This document shows, one piece after another, positions 1 through 10,549 of a stretch of DNA of 64,000 nucleotides. Source of the stretch: a candidate division FCPU426 bacterium (lineage in GTDB: Bacteria > Oederibacteriota > Muellerivitia > Muellerivitales > Muellerivitaceae); NCBI GenBank assembly GCA_963796105.1, contig CAWCKJ010000011.1, forward strand, positions 32,001 to 96,000. The letters are read 5' to 3'. Both the position numbers and the translations under genes were made by a program. Positions within the stretch are counted from its first letter, which is position 1; every line of letters begins with the position of its first letter. The notes below the pieces were generated by a model that was given only the letters and a program-made list of their open reading frames with translations, made no database searches and had not been told where the DNA came from.

Positions 1-2076
1 TGTCGCCGTGGGGGTTGATGTAGAGGTATTGGTAGCTGTTGGGGTAGGCGTCCTCGTCGGGGTACTAGTTGACGTATAGGTTGGCGTTGATGTTGAGGTA
101 TTAGTGGGAGTCGCTGTCGGAGTCATCGTGGAAGTGTTCGTAGGGGTGGGGGTAGGTGTTCTGGTTGGGGTAGATGTAGACGTGGGCGTGGGGGTTTGAG
201 TCGGCGTATTGGTGGGTGTTGGGGTAGGGGTCACAGTCGGGGTATTCGTGGGGGTAGGGGTTGAGGTTTTGGTAGGGGTAATGGTAGGTGTATTCGTGGG
301 TGACTGGGTCCCAGTCGGGCTGTTCGTAGGAGTCGGAGTAATAGTAGGCGTAGGAGTCGACGTCGGGGTAGGCGTGGTGGTGGGCGTATAAGTCCTGGTA
401 GGAGTAGGTGTGGAAGTTGAGGTATTGGTGGGAGTTGATGTCGGGGTCAGGGTAGGTGTTGAGGTTAGCGTAGGGGTGGGGGTCCTGGTGGGCGTATTAG
501 TTGGAGTAGCCGAAGGTGTTGAGGTTGATGTGGAAGTAGGTGTCGCTGTTGGGGTCAGAGTAGGAGTGGAAGTCGGCGTTGGGGTTGGGGTCCTAGTCGG
601 GGTGGAAGTCGGCGTGGGAGTTGGTGTCAGGGTGGGTGTTGGGGTGGGAGTAGACGTGGGCGTCAAAGTGGGGGTGGGGGTTGCGGTGGGAGTCGGAGTC
701 CTCGTTGGGGTGGAAGTCGGAGTGGACGTCGGTGTGACTGTCGGAGTATTGGTGGGTGTTGGAGTAGGTGTCCTGGTCGGGGTAATGGTAGGTGTATTTG
801 TTGGCGACTGAGTCCCTGTTGGGCTTGGGGTGGGAGTGGGAGTAATCGTAGGGGTGGAAGTATTAGTCGGCGTGGGCGTCGTAGTTGGCGTTCTGGTCGG
901 GGTGCTTGTCGGAGTAGGCGTGGGAGTCATAGTGGGTGTTGGGCTGGGGGTAGACGTTGGCGTATTCGTGGGGGTTGGGGTAGGCGTCCTGGTGGGGGTG
1001 GCAGTAGGGCTCGGAGTCGGTGTGGTTGTGGGAGTTGGGGTAGGCGTACGGGTGGGAGTGGGGGTTAAAGTATTGGTTGGTGTGGGAGTAGGGGTTGTCG
1101 TCGGGGTGGGAGTGGGGGTGTTGGTAGGGGTTGGACTAGGGGTTGGAGTAGGCGTCCTGGTGGGGGTGGATGTCGGGCTATTCGTGGGTGTAAGGGTAGG
1201 GCTATTGGTGGGCGTGGAAGTAGGAGTTGTCGTCGGAGTGGGTGTAGGCGTACGGGTGGGAGTGGGGGTTAAAGTATTGGTTGGCGTAGGAGTAGGGGTT
1301 GTCGTCGGGGTGGGAGTAGGCGTATTCGTGCTGGTGGGAGTGGGGGTCCTGGTTGAGCTGGATGTGGGGCTATTGGTGGAGGTTGGGGTAGGGGTGGGTG
1401 TGGAAGTGGGGGTAGGAGTTAGGGTTCTTGTCGGCGTATTCGTGGGGGTGGTTGTGGGGGTAGGTGTTGGTGAATTCGTCATGGTATTGGTGGGTGAATT
1501 GGTTGGAGTGGGGGTCGGGGTACGAGTGGGAGAAGGAGTGGGGGTGCTGGTTTGTGTCAAAGTAGGGGTATTGGTGGGTGTGGGGGTGGGTGTCCTAGTT
1601 GGGGTGGATGTGGGGCTATTGGTTGGCGTTGCCGTCTGGGTGTTAGTGGGACTGTTAGTGGGGGTATTGGTACGGGTAGGGCTAGGTGTCGGCGAGACGG
1701 TGGGGGTAGCTGTTGGAGTTGGTGTTGATGTCCTGGTGGGTGTTGGCGTTGGGGTCACTGTGGGGGTGGGGGTAGGAGAAACCGTATTCGTTGGGCTGGG
1801 AGTGGGGGTCCTCGTGGGCGAATTCGTGGGAGTGGGTGTTTGGGTAGAGGTCGGGGTATTCGTACGGGTGGGGGTTAAAGTGGGTGTGGACGTAAATGTA
1901 TAGGTGTAAGTATAGGTGGAGGTGCGTGTGAAGGTCGGTGTCATCGCGACCGTCGGGGTGTAGGTATAAGTATAAGTGGGCGTATAGGTATATGTACGAG
2001 TGAAAGTCGGTGTATTGGCGACCGTTGGAGTGTAGGTGTAAGTGTATGTAGGAGTCAGGGTTGGAAGGGTGAAAGT
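1..2076 (-). repeat. Low-complexity coding repeat, (ACN-NNN)n, ~690 codons
   Basis: NGT triplet at nearly every second codon position on the plus strand. Confidence 0.9.
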
Positions 2077-3216
2077 AACACAGGAACTGGCGCTACCCCC
2101 ATTCCAAGCCACACCGCTGCAATTGGGAATGGGAGTTCCGGCGTTATCAGATGTGTAATAATTGATTCCCGTTCCAAACGAAAGGGTCACGCAAGAATTC
2201 CCCGGGAAATAACCCCCAAGATACATGAATGTAAGCGGGTTACCATTTCTAAAAAAACTGACAGCACCCACGGATTCAGTAGGTACCGGGGTTAAATTTG
2301 CGATCCCGATATAGTAAATCGACAACATGGTGCTTGCGTTATCGTTGATTGTAACTGGTGCGCTAGCCGCCTGGCCCTTGTTGCAAACCGCCACGCAATA
2401 AGTGACTGCGACATTACTGGCTCCGATGACCGGACCCCCGCAAAAAGTTTTATTGATGGTGAAACTGGTCGGTCCCAAGGGGGTTTGGGTGGCAGGAAGC
2501 GTGGTGCATTGGCGAAAATATAGGATTCCGCAGCTTCCATTTCCTCCTCCTCCACCTGTAGCTTGCCATGAGACCCACGGAACAATAGCCCCCGTGATGG
2601 GATTGTGAACTGGTTGTGAATAGATGGTGCCAGCGTCGCTGTAAACTGTCCAAGTAAAAGGGTTTGATCCTGGATTGTAAACGGGGGAAGTCCAAGCATT
2701 ATTGCTACCGTCATTGCCAGGAGGACCCGTTGAAGTGCCACATGTGCCCGTCCCATCACCTGCGGCACCCGGGTCATAATAGAGCGATGGAGTGGTCGTG
2801 GCATCGGTGATGACCGAATGGGCACCGCTTGAGCAGGTCACGTCCAATACCCAGGAGGAGTAAAGAAAACCGGCCGAGGTATTTGTGGTAGCGATAGATA
2901 AGCACACAGTTTGCCCCAGGTTGAAATCGCTTGTAGGAACGTTCAAGCATGCCGGCGGGCAGGAGCCGGTACCGTCCCAATTGCAATACATCTGCGTGCC
3001 GATATCAAAACCATTCAACCAAATGTGGCTGTTATCGTCCCCGCTTACGCAGATCTTGGCCGAGGAAGGCGTGCACTGGGCCCAGGTTCTTCCAGGATCG
3101 GAAAAGTTAAGAAAAATAATCAAGAAAACCGGGAAACAATAAGTCAACAGGGTACTTAAACCGGTTTCAACATCAAACAAACCCAGAAAGGTTAGATTTT
3201 TCCGTTTGAAGGCCAT
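1..3216 (-). CDS. Secreted Cys-rich protein with very long Thr/Pro (T-X) repeat tract; partial, runs off the left edge (>1072 aa)
   Basis: Manual translation from ATG at 3216: [14 protein letters not shown]...[36 protein letters not shown]..., continuing in frame into [11 protein letters not shown]... and still T-X at base 1. The plus-strand VGVG ORFs are its antisense shadow. Confidence 0.88.
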   Translation of the reverse strand, partial: MAFKRKNLTFLGLFDVETGLSTLLTYCFPVFLIIFLNFSDPGRTWAQCTPSSAKICVSGDDNSHIWLNGFDIGTQMYCNWDGTGSCPPACLNVPTSDFNLGQTVCLSIATTNTSAGFLYSSWVLDVTCSSGAHSVITDATTTPSLYYDPGAAGDGTGTCGTSTGPPGNDGSNNAWTSPVYNPGSNPFTWTVYSDAGTIYSQPVHNPITGAIVPWVSWQATGGGGGNGSCGILYFRQCTTLPATQTPLGPTSFTINKTFCGGPVIGASNVAVTYCVAVCNKGQAASAPVTINDNASTMLSIYYIGIANLTPVPTESVGAVSFFRNGNPLTFMYLGGYFPGNSCVTLSFGTGINYYTSDNAGTPIPNCSGVAWNGGSASSCVTFTLPTLTPTYTYTYTPTVANTPTFTRTYTYTPTYTYTYTPTVAMTPTFTRTSTYTYTYTFTSTPTLTPTRTNTPTSTQTPTPTNSPTRTPTPSPTNTVSPTPTPTVTPTPTPTRTSTPTPTATPTVSPTPSPTRTNTPTNSPTNTQTATPTNSPTSTPTRTPTPTPTNTPTLTQTSTPTPSPTRTPTPTPTNSPTNTMTNSPTPTPTTTPTNTPTRTLTPTPTSTPTPTPTSTNSPTSSSTRTPTPTSTNTPTPTPTTTPTPTPTNTLTPTPTRTPTPTPTTTPTSTPTNSPTLTPTNSPTSTPTRTPTPTPSPTPTNTPTPTPTTTPTPTPTNTLTPTPTRTPTPTPTTTPTPSPTATPTRTPTPTPTNTPTSTPSPTPTMTPTPTPTSTPTRTPTTTPTPTNTSTPTITPTPTPSPTGTQSPTNTPTITPTRTPTPTPTNTPTVTPTSTPTSTPTRTPTPTATPTPTLTPTSTPTPTPTLTPTPTPTSTPTRTPTPTPTSTPTLTPTATPTSTSTSTPSATPTNTPTRTPTPTLTSTPTLTPTSTPTNTSTSTPTPTRTYTPTTTPTPTSTPTPTITPTPTNSPTGTQSPTNTPTITPTKTSTPTPTNTPTVTPTPTPTNTPTQTPTPTSTSTPTRTPTPTPTNTSTMTPTATPTNTSTSTPTYTSTSTPTRTPTPTATNTSTSTPTAT

Positions 3217-3611
3217 TTCAAACCTGAGAATAATTAAAATTCAGGCGAGTTTAGGGGAAAATAGGGTCGAAATAGGTGCGTTTATGGAATTCGGCAAGCA
3301 GATGCTAAATCGTTTTAAATTGCTTTAACTCCATAGGTCACAAATCAAAAAAAGCGCTTCCCCCATAAAAACTCATCTGTTTAATGAAATTATATCCCTG
3401 CATTCGTATCAAAGGTCCTTGGGGGGGAATATAAATTGTGTTTTCAATTCTATATTATTGCTTTTTATTTCTTTAACCTAATCTTTAAAAACCGTTTAAA
3501 TGTCACCATATTATGCTCAACAATTGAATCGAACGAAGACCGATCTAATAAAAAAAGGGATGAAAAAGGGGGGAATCTGATAAAAACACAGGTCTTAAGC
3601 TTGGTGGGTTT

Positions 3612-5360
3612 TCAAAATAAAATTTCTCTTAATTTGTCCGGAACACTCTCCCGGATCAATTCGTAAACCTCACCGGCGGTGTTTCTCTTGAGAGCCCCTA
3701 GGGCGATCTGCTTGGCTTTCTCATAGGGCATCAGGCGGATGACCTTCTTCACCTCGGGAATTACCGAGGGGGACACAGACAACTCATCAAGACCCATTCC
3801 CAGCAAAAGGGGCACGAATTGTGGATCTCCCGCCATTTCCCCGCACATTCCCACCCATTTGCCTTGTTTATGGCAAGCCTCCACCGTCATCCGGATCAGC
3901 CTGAGAATCGCCGGATTTAAGGGCTCATAAAGATAGGCCACTGCCTCGTTCACTCGGTCCACAGCCATGGTGTATTGGATCAAGTCGTTAGTCCCAATGG
4001 ATAAAAAGTCGGTTTCCTGTATCAAAAGATCCGCCATGATGGCAGCGGAAGGGATTTCAATCATGGCCCCCACTTCGATGTCCTTCCGGTATTTTAATCC
4101 TTCCCTTTCAAGCTCACCAGCGCACTCCCTTAAAAATCCTTTGGCTTGTCGGATTTCATCTACCGTAGCCACCATGGGGAACATAATCTTGAGGGGTCCA
4201 TGAACCGCAGCTCTAAGAATAGCCCTGAGCTGGGGCTTGAATAGATCCGGCCTTTTCAAACAAAGACGGATGGCCCTCAATCCCAAGAATGGATTCATCT
4301 CATGGAAGGGATTGACCTGGGATAGAAACTTGTCACCCCCCAGGTCCAAAGTCCGGACAATGGCCGGATTCACCCCAGTCCGCGACGCCAGCTGCTTGTA
4401 GGCTTCGTATTGTTCCTCTTCTGTGGGGATGTTCCCCCGGTCCAAAAAAAGGAATTCCGTTCGAAAGAGTCCGATTCCCTCGGCGCCATGCTTGAGAATC
4501 TCATCCAACTCTATGGGAATTTCGATATTGGCGGCGAGGGTAATGCGATGACCATCAGTGGTAGAAGCGGGCAAAGCCCGTAACTTATCCAGGCTTTTCT
4601 GGAAGGTTTCGTAATTTTCCTTCAAGCGCTGGTACTGTTTCAAGGTCTGGGGATTAGGGTTGATGACGACCAAACCTTTGTTACCGTCCAGGATGACTAA
4701 ATCCCCATTTTGAGCCTCCGAGGTGACATTTGGAGTTCCGACAATCGAAGGCAAACCAATCGAGCGGGCCACAATGGCGACATGGGATGTCCGTCCGCCG
4801 ATCTCAGTGCAAAAGCCCTTCACACGGTCAGGAGGCAAAGTGGCTGTGTCCGAGGGGGTCAAATCGGAGGCTAGCACGATGACCTCGTGGTCCAATTGGC
4901 CGAGAAGATTCTTCTCGTTTCCGGTCAGGTTTTTCAAGACTCTGTCGGCAACGTCCTGAATGTCGCCTCCCCGCTCGCGAAAAAAAGAATCCTCTACGGA
5001 AGCGATCACCCTTTGGAATTTTTCCAGGGCCTCGATCAGGAGATGCTCGGCGTTCAAACGGCGCTTGAGAATGGCGTCTGGAATTTCCTCCAGGAAAAGG
5101 GGATCGTCCAAAACAATCTGGTGGGCCTGGAAAATCGCCGAATGCTCCTCCCCGAGCTTTTCCTTCATCCGGCCCTCAAGTTCCAGAATCTGTTCCCGGG
5201 TCAATTTCAAGGCCTTTTGGTACCGGCTCAACTCCTGGTCGACCTCCTCCGCCCGCAAGCTTCTACGGGGAATGGTAAAACCCACCGGGTGATATAGATA
5301 CGCTGGCCCGATGGCGATACCGCCGGAAGCCGCAATCCCGTTGAAAATCTTCTCCGCCAC
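3612..5360 (-). CDS. ptsI: PTS enzyme I (PEP-protein phosphotransferase)
   Basis: GGRTSHVAI phospho-His motif, GIGLFRTEF, FLSIGTNDLIQY, GMCGEMAG. Confidence 0.97.
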   Translation of the reverse strand: MAEKIFNGIAASGGIAIGPAYLYHPVGFTIPRRSLRAEEVDQELSRYQKALKLTREQILELEGRMKEKLGEEHSAIFQAHQIVLDDPLFLEEIPDAILKRRLNAEHLLIEALEKFQRVIASVEDSFFRERGGDIQDVADRVLKNLTGNEKNLLGQLDHEVIVLASDLTPSDTATLPPDRVKGFCTEIGGRTSHVAIVARSIGLPSIVGTPNVTSEAQNGDLVILDGNKGLVVINPNPQTLKQYQRLKENYETFQKSLDKLRALPASTTDGHRITLAANIEIPIELDEILKHGAEGIGLFRTEFLFLDRGNIPTEEEQYEAYKQLASRTGVNPAIVRTLDLGGDKFLSQVNPFHEMNPFLGLRAIRLCLKRPDLFKPQLRAILRAAVHGPLKIMFPMVATVDEIRQAKGFLRECAGELEREGLKYRKDIEVGAMIEIPSAAIMADLLIQETDFLSIGTNDLIQYTMAVDRVNEAVAYLYEPLNPAILRLIRMTVEACHKQGKWVGMCGEMAGDPQFVPLLLGMGLDELSVSPSVIPEVKKVIRLMPYEKAKQIALGALKRNTAGEVYELIRESVPDKLREILF

Positions 5361-5416
5361 TAGGGCCTCCTAATGATCATTTGAGCCTCTTTTTCGCCCG
5401 AAACCGTTAATGAATC

Positions 5417-5689
5417 TCACTCTTTTTCACCAAATTTCTGAGCCACCAGTTGTTTCAAGGCCGCAAGGGCCCCTTTGGCGTCCTCTCCCTCCACGCGGAA
5501 CTCAAGTTCGGTTCCCTTGGCGGCGGCCAGGGTCATCAAGCCCATTAAGCTTTTCGCGTTGACATTTTGGACGCCGTGGTGAATGGTGATTTGGCATTTG
5601 AATTTGTTGGCGACCTTCACCAGCTCAGCCGCGGCCCTTAAATGCAGCCCCAATTTATTGACAACGGTTACTTTATCACTCAATTTCAC
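5417..5689 (-). CDS. ptsH: HPr phosphocarrier
   Basis: NKLGLHLRAA (His15), NAKSLMGLM (Ser46), adjacent to ptsI. Confidence 0.95.
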   Translation of the reverse strand: MKLSDKVTVVNKLGLHLRAAAELVKVANKFKCQITIHHGVQNVNAKSLMGLMTLAAAKGTELEFRVEGEDAKGALAALKQLVAQKFGEKE

Positions 5690-5699
5690 AGGCGCCCTT

Positions 5700-6587
5700 T
5701 CACTTCATCATGGCCGGGGGATTCGCGTTGGAAACCCCCGGGGATAAACCGCCCATGGCGGGCGGTGAGCTTAAATCCGGCCAAAAAGCCAGCATCAGAG
5801 CGAACAAAACGACAGTATAAAACATCTGGGACGGGCTTATCTTCCGATGCAATGCAAAACTGAATAGCCCCACAATCGCGCCAAAGAAAGTCAATTTAAG
5901 CGCGAAAAGTCCCGGCTCCTTGTCCAAATCCGATAAATTTACCATGACAATCAACACCGATAGAAGCAATAGGGACGCAACCTTTAAACCCCTGATGGCG
6001 TCCTGAAAACCATATCGGCGCAGGCTCAAGACCACCTGATCCCCCTTATTGTAACCTTGGATAAAGCCTAAGAGGCGGATTCCAACATGAACCACGTTGA
6101 AAACCAAGAGATAGAGCAATGGAACAATCCAGAACCGGCCCCTGAATTGAAAAGCATGGGACAAAACCAGGGTAATGGCGATCAACCCGCAATAAGGGCG
6201 CAAGGTGGCCCAAAAAAGATTATCCCCCATTCCAGCCAGCGGGCCCATCATGCCTACTTTCAGGGCGCTAATTTCCTCATCTCTCAGTTTATGTTTGTAG
6301 CGAGGTTCCGAATATTTGTCCTCTTCCATCCTAATGACCGCCCCCAGAAGGAAGGAAGCCATGTAGGGGTGGGTATTGAAATAATCCATGTGGCGTGCCA
6401 GGGCCTGCCCCCTTTCTTCCGGCGGGCAAGTCCTCTTCAGGACTGGAATAAGTATGAAAGCAAAACCATAACTTAAATATCTTTCGAAATTCCATACAAC
6501 TTGTATGAAAAAGGTGCGGATAAAGGCGGAGGTCAGGGTCACCCAACCCAGCTTGAATTTTTCCTTGGGTTTTTCCTCCTGTGTCAC
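5700..6587 (-). CDS. PTS mannose/fructose/sorbose family IID
   Basis: WNFER, YFNTHPY, KVGMMGPLAGMGDNLFW; GTG start overlaps the IIC stop (GTGA). Confidence 0.92.
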   Translation of the reverse strand: MTQEEKPKEKFKLGWVTLTSAFIRTFFIQVVWNFERYLSYGFAFILIPVLKRTCPPEERGQALARHMDYFNTHPYMASFLLGAVIRMEEDKYSEPRYKHKLRDEEISALKVGMMGPLAGMGDNLFWATLRPYCGLIAITLVLSHAFQFRGRFWIVPLLYLLVFNVVHVGIRLLGFIQGYNKGDQVVLSLRRYGFQDAIRGLKVASLLLLSVLIVMVNLSDLDKEPGLFALKLTFFGAIVGLFSFALHRKISPSQMFYTVVLFALMLAFWPDLSSPPAMGGLSPGVSNANPPAMMK

Positions 6588-7354
6588 GCGGATTCCCCTT
6601 TCCCCATGAAAAAGAGAGTTGCCACAAAACCAGCCATAAGGGACATGGCCACAAGCCAAACTTCCTGAACCTGCAAAACAAGGGCCAATGTCAGGAGCGC
6701 TGCGATGGAGAGGACTAACCAAAGTATGTTTTTCTTTTCCACCACTAGGTCGATGACCGCCGAGCAACCCAACGCCAGGAGAAGCCAGTTGGCGTAATAA
6801 AGGCCCTCAATGACCCGCGGAGGCAAACCATGGAAAATCCCGGTGGTGCAATGCTCTATGAAAAGACACCCGGCGGTCAAAAAGAAACCCTTCAGGAATA
6901 GCTCGAAAATGACGATATGGTTCACCCATTCGAATGACCTCAACCGCGAGTTCATGGCCATGCGCTGGGCGAAATGAACCCAGCGGACATGAAATTTTCG
7001 GAGGATTATTTCCGCTTGCGTGCAAACGGCGGACAAGGGGATCGCGACACCCAAAGCGTAAGTCACCGCCGCCTCCTTCGGGCAGGGTCCATCAGCGAGT
7101 TCGGAAGCGAAGGCCACCGACAAACCGGCCAGCATGGATAGATCCAGCGGCAGGTGCGCCCCCACGGGCACATCTCCCAACCAGATGAGTTCCACGAGCG
7201 CCCCCAATTCCAGGCCCAGGTCCGCATGTCCGGTCAGTAGCCCCACCAAGGGTCCCACCACAATGGGCCGTGAAACCATGAATTGGCCTACCGCCGAAAC
7301 ATCCAGGCTCAAAAAGGCGAGAAGGAGCGATATGGACAACCAATGAGACATCAA
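6584..7354 (-). CDS. PTS mannose/fructose/sorbose family IIC
   Basis: QFMVSRPIVVGPLVGLLTG, ELIWLG..PVG; polytopic membrane protein. Confidence 0.92.
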   Translation of the reverse strand: MMSHWLSISLLLAFLSLDVSAVGQFMVSRPIVVGPLVGLLTGHADLGLELGALVELIWLGDVPVGAHLPLDLSMLAGLSVAFASELADGPCPKEAAVTYALGVAIPLSAVCTQAEIILRKFHVRWVHFAQRMAMNSRLRSFEWVNHIVIFELFLKGFFLTAGCLFIEHCTTGIFHGLPPRVIEGLYYANWLLLALGCSAVIDLVVEKKNILWLVLSIAALLTLALVLQVQEVWLVAMSLMAGFVATLFFMGKGESA

Positions 7355-7385
7355 GTTCCTTAATCCTCCTTTAGTATCGGCAACA

Positions 7386-9551
7386 TCAATTTCCTATTTC
7401 TTTCAATTCCATCGCGATGCGTCTTTTAAACGATTCCCCGGGTTTCAACCCGATTTCCCAACCCAGCAGGAGACAGGAGCCTTGGTAAACACGCTCAAAG
7501 CCCCCCTCGGACTGGGAAATAGTCTCAACCGGATATCTCCAAAACTTAGCAGGCTTCTCGGTTTTAAAATTCACCTCAATCCCCAGCCAACCGTCCCTCA
7601 TGCCCATTTCCTGGACATCCGACTCCGCGCCCGTGCTGTTGAGTCTCGGATAAGTCAGGTTCCTGCCCGCCACGAAATAATTCCGGTCGGGAGCGTCCCC
7701 GGCCAGTAGGGTAAGGTTCCATTCGACCATCCAGAGAATTCGAAGATCCCGGTTCCCTCGGTTGATTAATGTGTAGTCCCCTTCCATGCCAAATTCTCCT
7801 GGCGCGAACTCGAGCTTTTTCTCCAGATCCAGGAGAACCCCATCCACCAGGCCCTGCCGGGTCATCTCGACGGTAAGATTGGCCCCTTTGCGCTTAGGTT
7901 CCAGCACTTTGAAATCAAATGGATTCTTCCGAAAATCGGAAAGATCCACAGCCCGAGCGGCCCAAAGATCCTCAGGGGTGGATTGAGTGGAATAAAAGCG
8001 GTCCACCAAGCTGACGCGGCGGTCTGAATCATAAAAAAGCCGGTTTTCCAGGCCTTGCTCCTTGGCCCTGAGAAGGTCATGGATACTGGACACAGCCCCT
8101 CCGCCTTGGTTCTGGCGGGCCATCTCCAAAAGCCGCGAATGGTACGCCTCTTTCCGGCGCGTGAGAGTATCGCAAAGATTGATTGGACGCTTGAGGTAAT
8201 CCAGTTCGGTTAAGCTGCCGCCAGCAGAGGGTTCCAATACCGCGTGATATCCTTCCGTGGAGATCAGTATCTCGTCCTTGCCGTCCTTGTTGAAATCCGA
8301 GATTTCCGTCCGGAAACCCTTGGACGGATGGGCCAGGACGGAATCAATAAGAATTTCGGCCTCGATCAGATTTTGATAAAGAGCGAACCGCAGATGGTTC
8401 AAATAAAGGCCACCAAAAACCCCGTGCCAATAGGCGCAATTGCACTGACCCCGGTAAAGAGCCCTCTCAGCTTTATCCAATAGGGCTTTTTGTTTAGGAT
8501 TTTCCTTTTTTCCCGGGGTCCGCCGGGCTTCCATGAGTTTGTTGGACACCCAGAGCAATTTTTTATGGAGATGGTTGCTCTCATCGTATTTCGTGAGGAA
8601 ATTCCTCCAAATTCCGCCTTTTAGGAACCGGTCAAAACGGGGCAGTTGTCCGTTGTCTTTTAATTCATGGCGGATATTCCCATACTCCCTGGAAGCCTCC
8701 ACCGGGAGGGACCACTCCCCCATCTCGGTATAGGAACCGGTGGGAAGGCTCAAGCGGCCTTGGGGCCGGTGTGTCGAGGCGAACTCGGAAAAAGTGGCGC
8801 ATTGAAGCCAGGAGGAGTTCTGTTCCAGCATGGTAAGAAACTTTTCCAGATATCCTTCCTCATAAACCCATTTGTAAGTGTCCGGCCATCCGCCGAACTT
8901 TTCCCCGTCGTCCATGAGAATAAGGCATCGATCTCCTTCCTCAGTGGCGATGGATTGGAAATATTGCAGGCTTTCCTCCACCGAGCGGAAAGGCATCAGG
9001 TAGCGCATTTTCTCGGAAATGGGAAATACCGCGCAGGTTTCCCCCTGCTCTTCCATCAAGTAATAAGAAAAAGTCTCTTCTTCCGTCAGCCCCACCGCCT
9101 TGAAATGCGCGTCGTCCACGACGACATAGCGCACGCCCGCCTCGGCGAGGGGTTTTGTCAAATGAGGCTCCCAGACCCGCTCGGCCATCCACATCCCCTT
9201 GGCTTCCGCCTTAAATTTATTCCGCAAATACCCTGTCATCATTTGGATTTGGCCGACCTTGTCCCTGTCGGGAAGAATGGAAAGGATGGGCTCGTACATG
9301 CCCCCGGTGAAAAACTCAATCTGGCCCCGGTCGGACATCTCCCGCAGGATTTGGATGTACTCCTGGCGGTTTTGCTCCAGCCATTCCAAAAGCGGCCCCG
9401 TGATATGAAAGGTGCATTTGATTGAGGGGTGGCGGTTCAACACTCTCAAAAAAGGTTCATAGGATTGCCGGTAAAGGGCCTCAAACACCTGTCCGAAATT
9501 ACCCACCGGCTGGTGGTTATGGACCCCGAAGATAAAGGTTATTTTTTTCAT
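7386..9551 (-). CDS. GH57 4-alpha-glucanotransferase/alpha-amylase (DUF1925/DUF1926 type)
   Basis: HNHQPVGN, WMAERVWEP (nucleophile Glu), MDDGEKFG (acid/base Asp), QCNCAYWHG. Confidence 0.92.
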   Translation of the reverse strand: MKKITFIFGVHNHQPVGNFGQVFEALYRQSYEPFLRVLNRHPSIKCTFHITGPLLEWLEQNRQEYIQILREMSDRGQIEFFTGGMYEPILSILPDRDKVGQIQMMTGYLRNKFKAEAKGMWMAERVWEPHLTKPLAEAGVRYVVVDDAHFKAVGLTEEETFSYYLMEEQGETCAVFPISEKMRYLMPFRSVEESLQYFQSIATEEGDRCLILMDDGEKFGGWPDTYKWVYEEGYLEKFLTMLEQNSSWLQCATFSEFASTHRPQGRLSLPTGSYTEMGEWSLPVEASREYGNIRHELKDNGQLPRFDRFLKGGIWRNFLTKYDESNHLHKKLLWVSNKLMEARRTPGKKENPKQKALLDKAERALYRGQCNCAYWHGVFGGLYLNHLRFALYQNLIEAEILIDSVLAHPSKGFRTEISDFNKDGKDEILISTEGYHAVLEPSAGGSLTELDYLKRPINLCDTLTRRKEAYHSRLLEMARQNQGGGAVSSIHDLLRAKEQGLENRLFYDSDRRVSLVDRFYSTQSTPEDLWAARAVDLSDFRKNPFDFKVLEPKRKGANLTVEMTRQGLVDGVLLDLEKKLEFAPGEFGMEGDYTLINRGNRDLRILWMVEWNLTLLAGDAPDRNYFVAGRNLTYPRLNSTGAESDVQEMGMRDGWLGIEVNFKTEKPAKFWRYPVETISQSEGGFERVYQGSCLLLGWEIGLKPGESFKRRIAMELKEIGN

Positions 9552-9604
9552 TTCATTTCCTTGAACGGCTCACTTGATGAAACCGGTGCTGTGAGGCAAG
9601 CAAA

Positions 9605-10090
9605 TTAACCCCTCAACTCCGGAATATATTTCTCTAAATTCTCGCGCATATCGCCCGGAACCGCGCGCATCTCCAATTCCACGCCGTGCGATTTCAAACC
9701 CTGGAAAGCCAAAATGTCATTCTCATCAACGCATACGGTTTTCGCGACTTGCTTTTTCCCCTCGCAGAAGTGCATTCCTCCTACGTTGACAGAGGTGAGA
9801 GATCCCCCTTTCTCGCTGAAAGAAAGTACATCCGACGGTTTCGAGAACAACAGCAAGGCGCGCTCTTTGGCGGTAGATTCCTTGCTAGTTTCCGCGGCCT
9901 GTTCCACAGTCCAGAACGCGACCTTTAAGCCCGATGGCACGGCCATTTGCATGAGGTTTTTTTGCATGGTGTTTATGGCGATGGCGTCGTTAACGACGGC
10001 CAAGAGCTCGATATCCAGGGCCTTGACCCAGCCCACAACCACCTGTCCATGGATGAGGCGGTCGTCGACTCGTATCAATTGAATATCCAT
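9605..10090 (-). CDS. PTS mannose family IIB
   Basis: RVDDRLIHGQV motif, VNVGGM. Confidence 0.95.
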   Translation of the reverse strand: MDIQLIRVDDRLIHGQVVVGWVKALDIELLAVVNDAIAINTMQKNLMQMAVPSGLKVAFWTVEQAAETSKESTAKERALLLFSKPSDVLSFSEKGGSLTSVNVGGMHFCEGKKQVAKTVCVDENDILAFQGLKSHGVELEMRAVPGDMRENLEKYIPELRG

Positions 10091-10115
10091 CGGTCCCTCC
10101 CTCTTTTACCCTCGA

Positions 10116-10532
10116 TTACTCCATGCCGCCTGTTTTCTTATGCAAATCCTCGGTCGTCACGATACCCTCGCGGGCGGCTTTTTGAACGTCGTTCATCAGG
10201 GCTTCCAAGTCGGATGCGTCCCTGTGAGATATGATCTTGATGAGCATTGGAAGGTTGAGTCCCGTGATCACACGTATTTTTTTCCTGCGGGCCATCTGCA
10301 CCGCGACGTTAAAGGGAGTCCCGCCCAACATGTCGACCAGCACGAGCGCTCCCTTGTCGGCGGGGTCCGCGTCTAAGAGGGCCTTATCGAGTTTTTCTTG
10401 GAAAGTTTCCAGCGAATCCTCCGATAAAAGAGTGGCTGATTTCACCCCCGAATCGTCCCCCATGATCATCCGAAGGGTTCCTAGAAGCGAGTTTCCGAAA
10501 TCACCATGCGTGGCTATGACTATTCCGATCAT
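10116..10532 (-). CDS. PTS mannose family IIA
   Basis: IVIATHG, LVDMLGGTPFN, GLNLPML. Confidence 0.95.
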   Translation of the reverse strand: MIGIVIATHGDFGNSLLGTLRMIMGDDSGVKSATLLSEDSLETFQEKLDKALLDADPADKGALVLVDMLGGTPFNVAVQMARRKKIRVITGLNLPMLIKIISHRDASDLEALMNDVQKAAREGIVTTEDLHKKTGGME

Positions 10533-10549
10533 TTTATCCCTTTCCTTCC

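Noticed and set aside
209..1903. Plus-strand Val/Gly-rich ORFs
   Set aside because: Antisense shadow of the minus-strand Thr/Pro tract; broken by stops while the minus frame stays open
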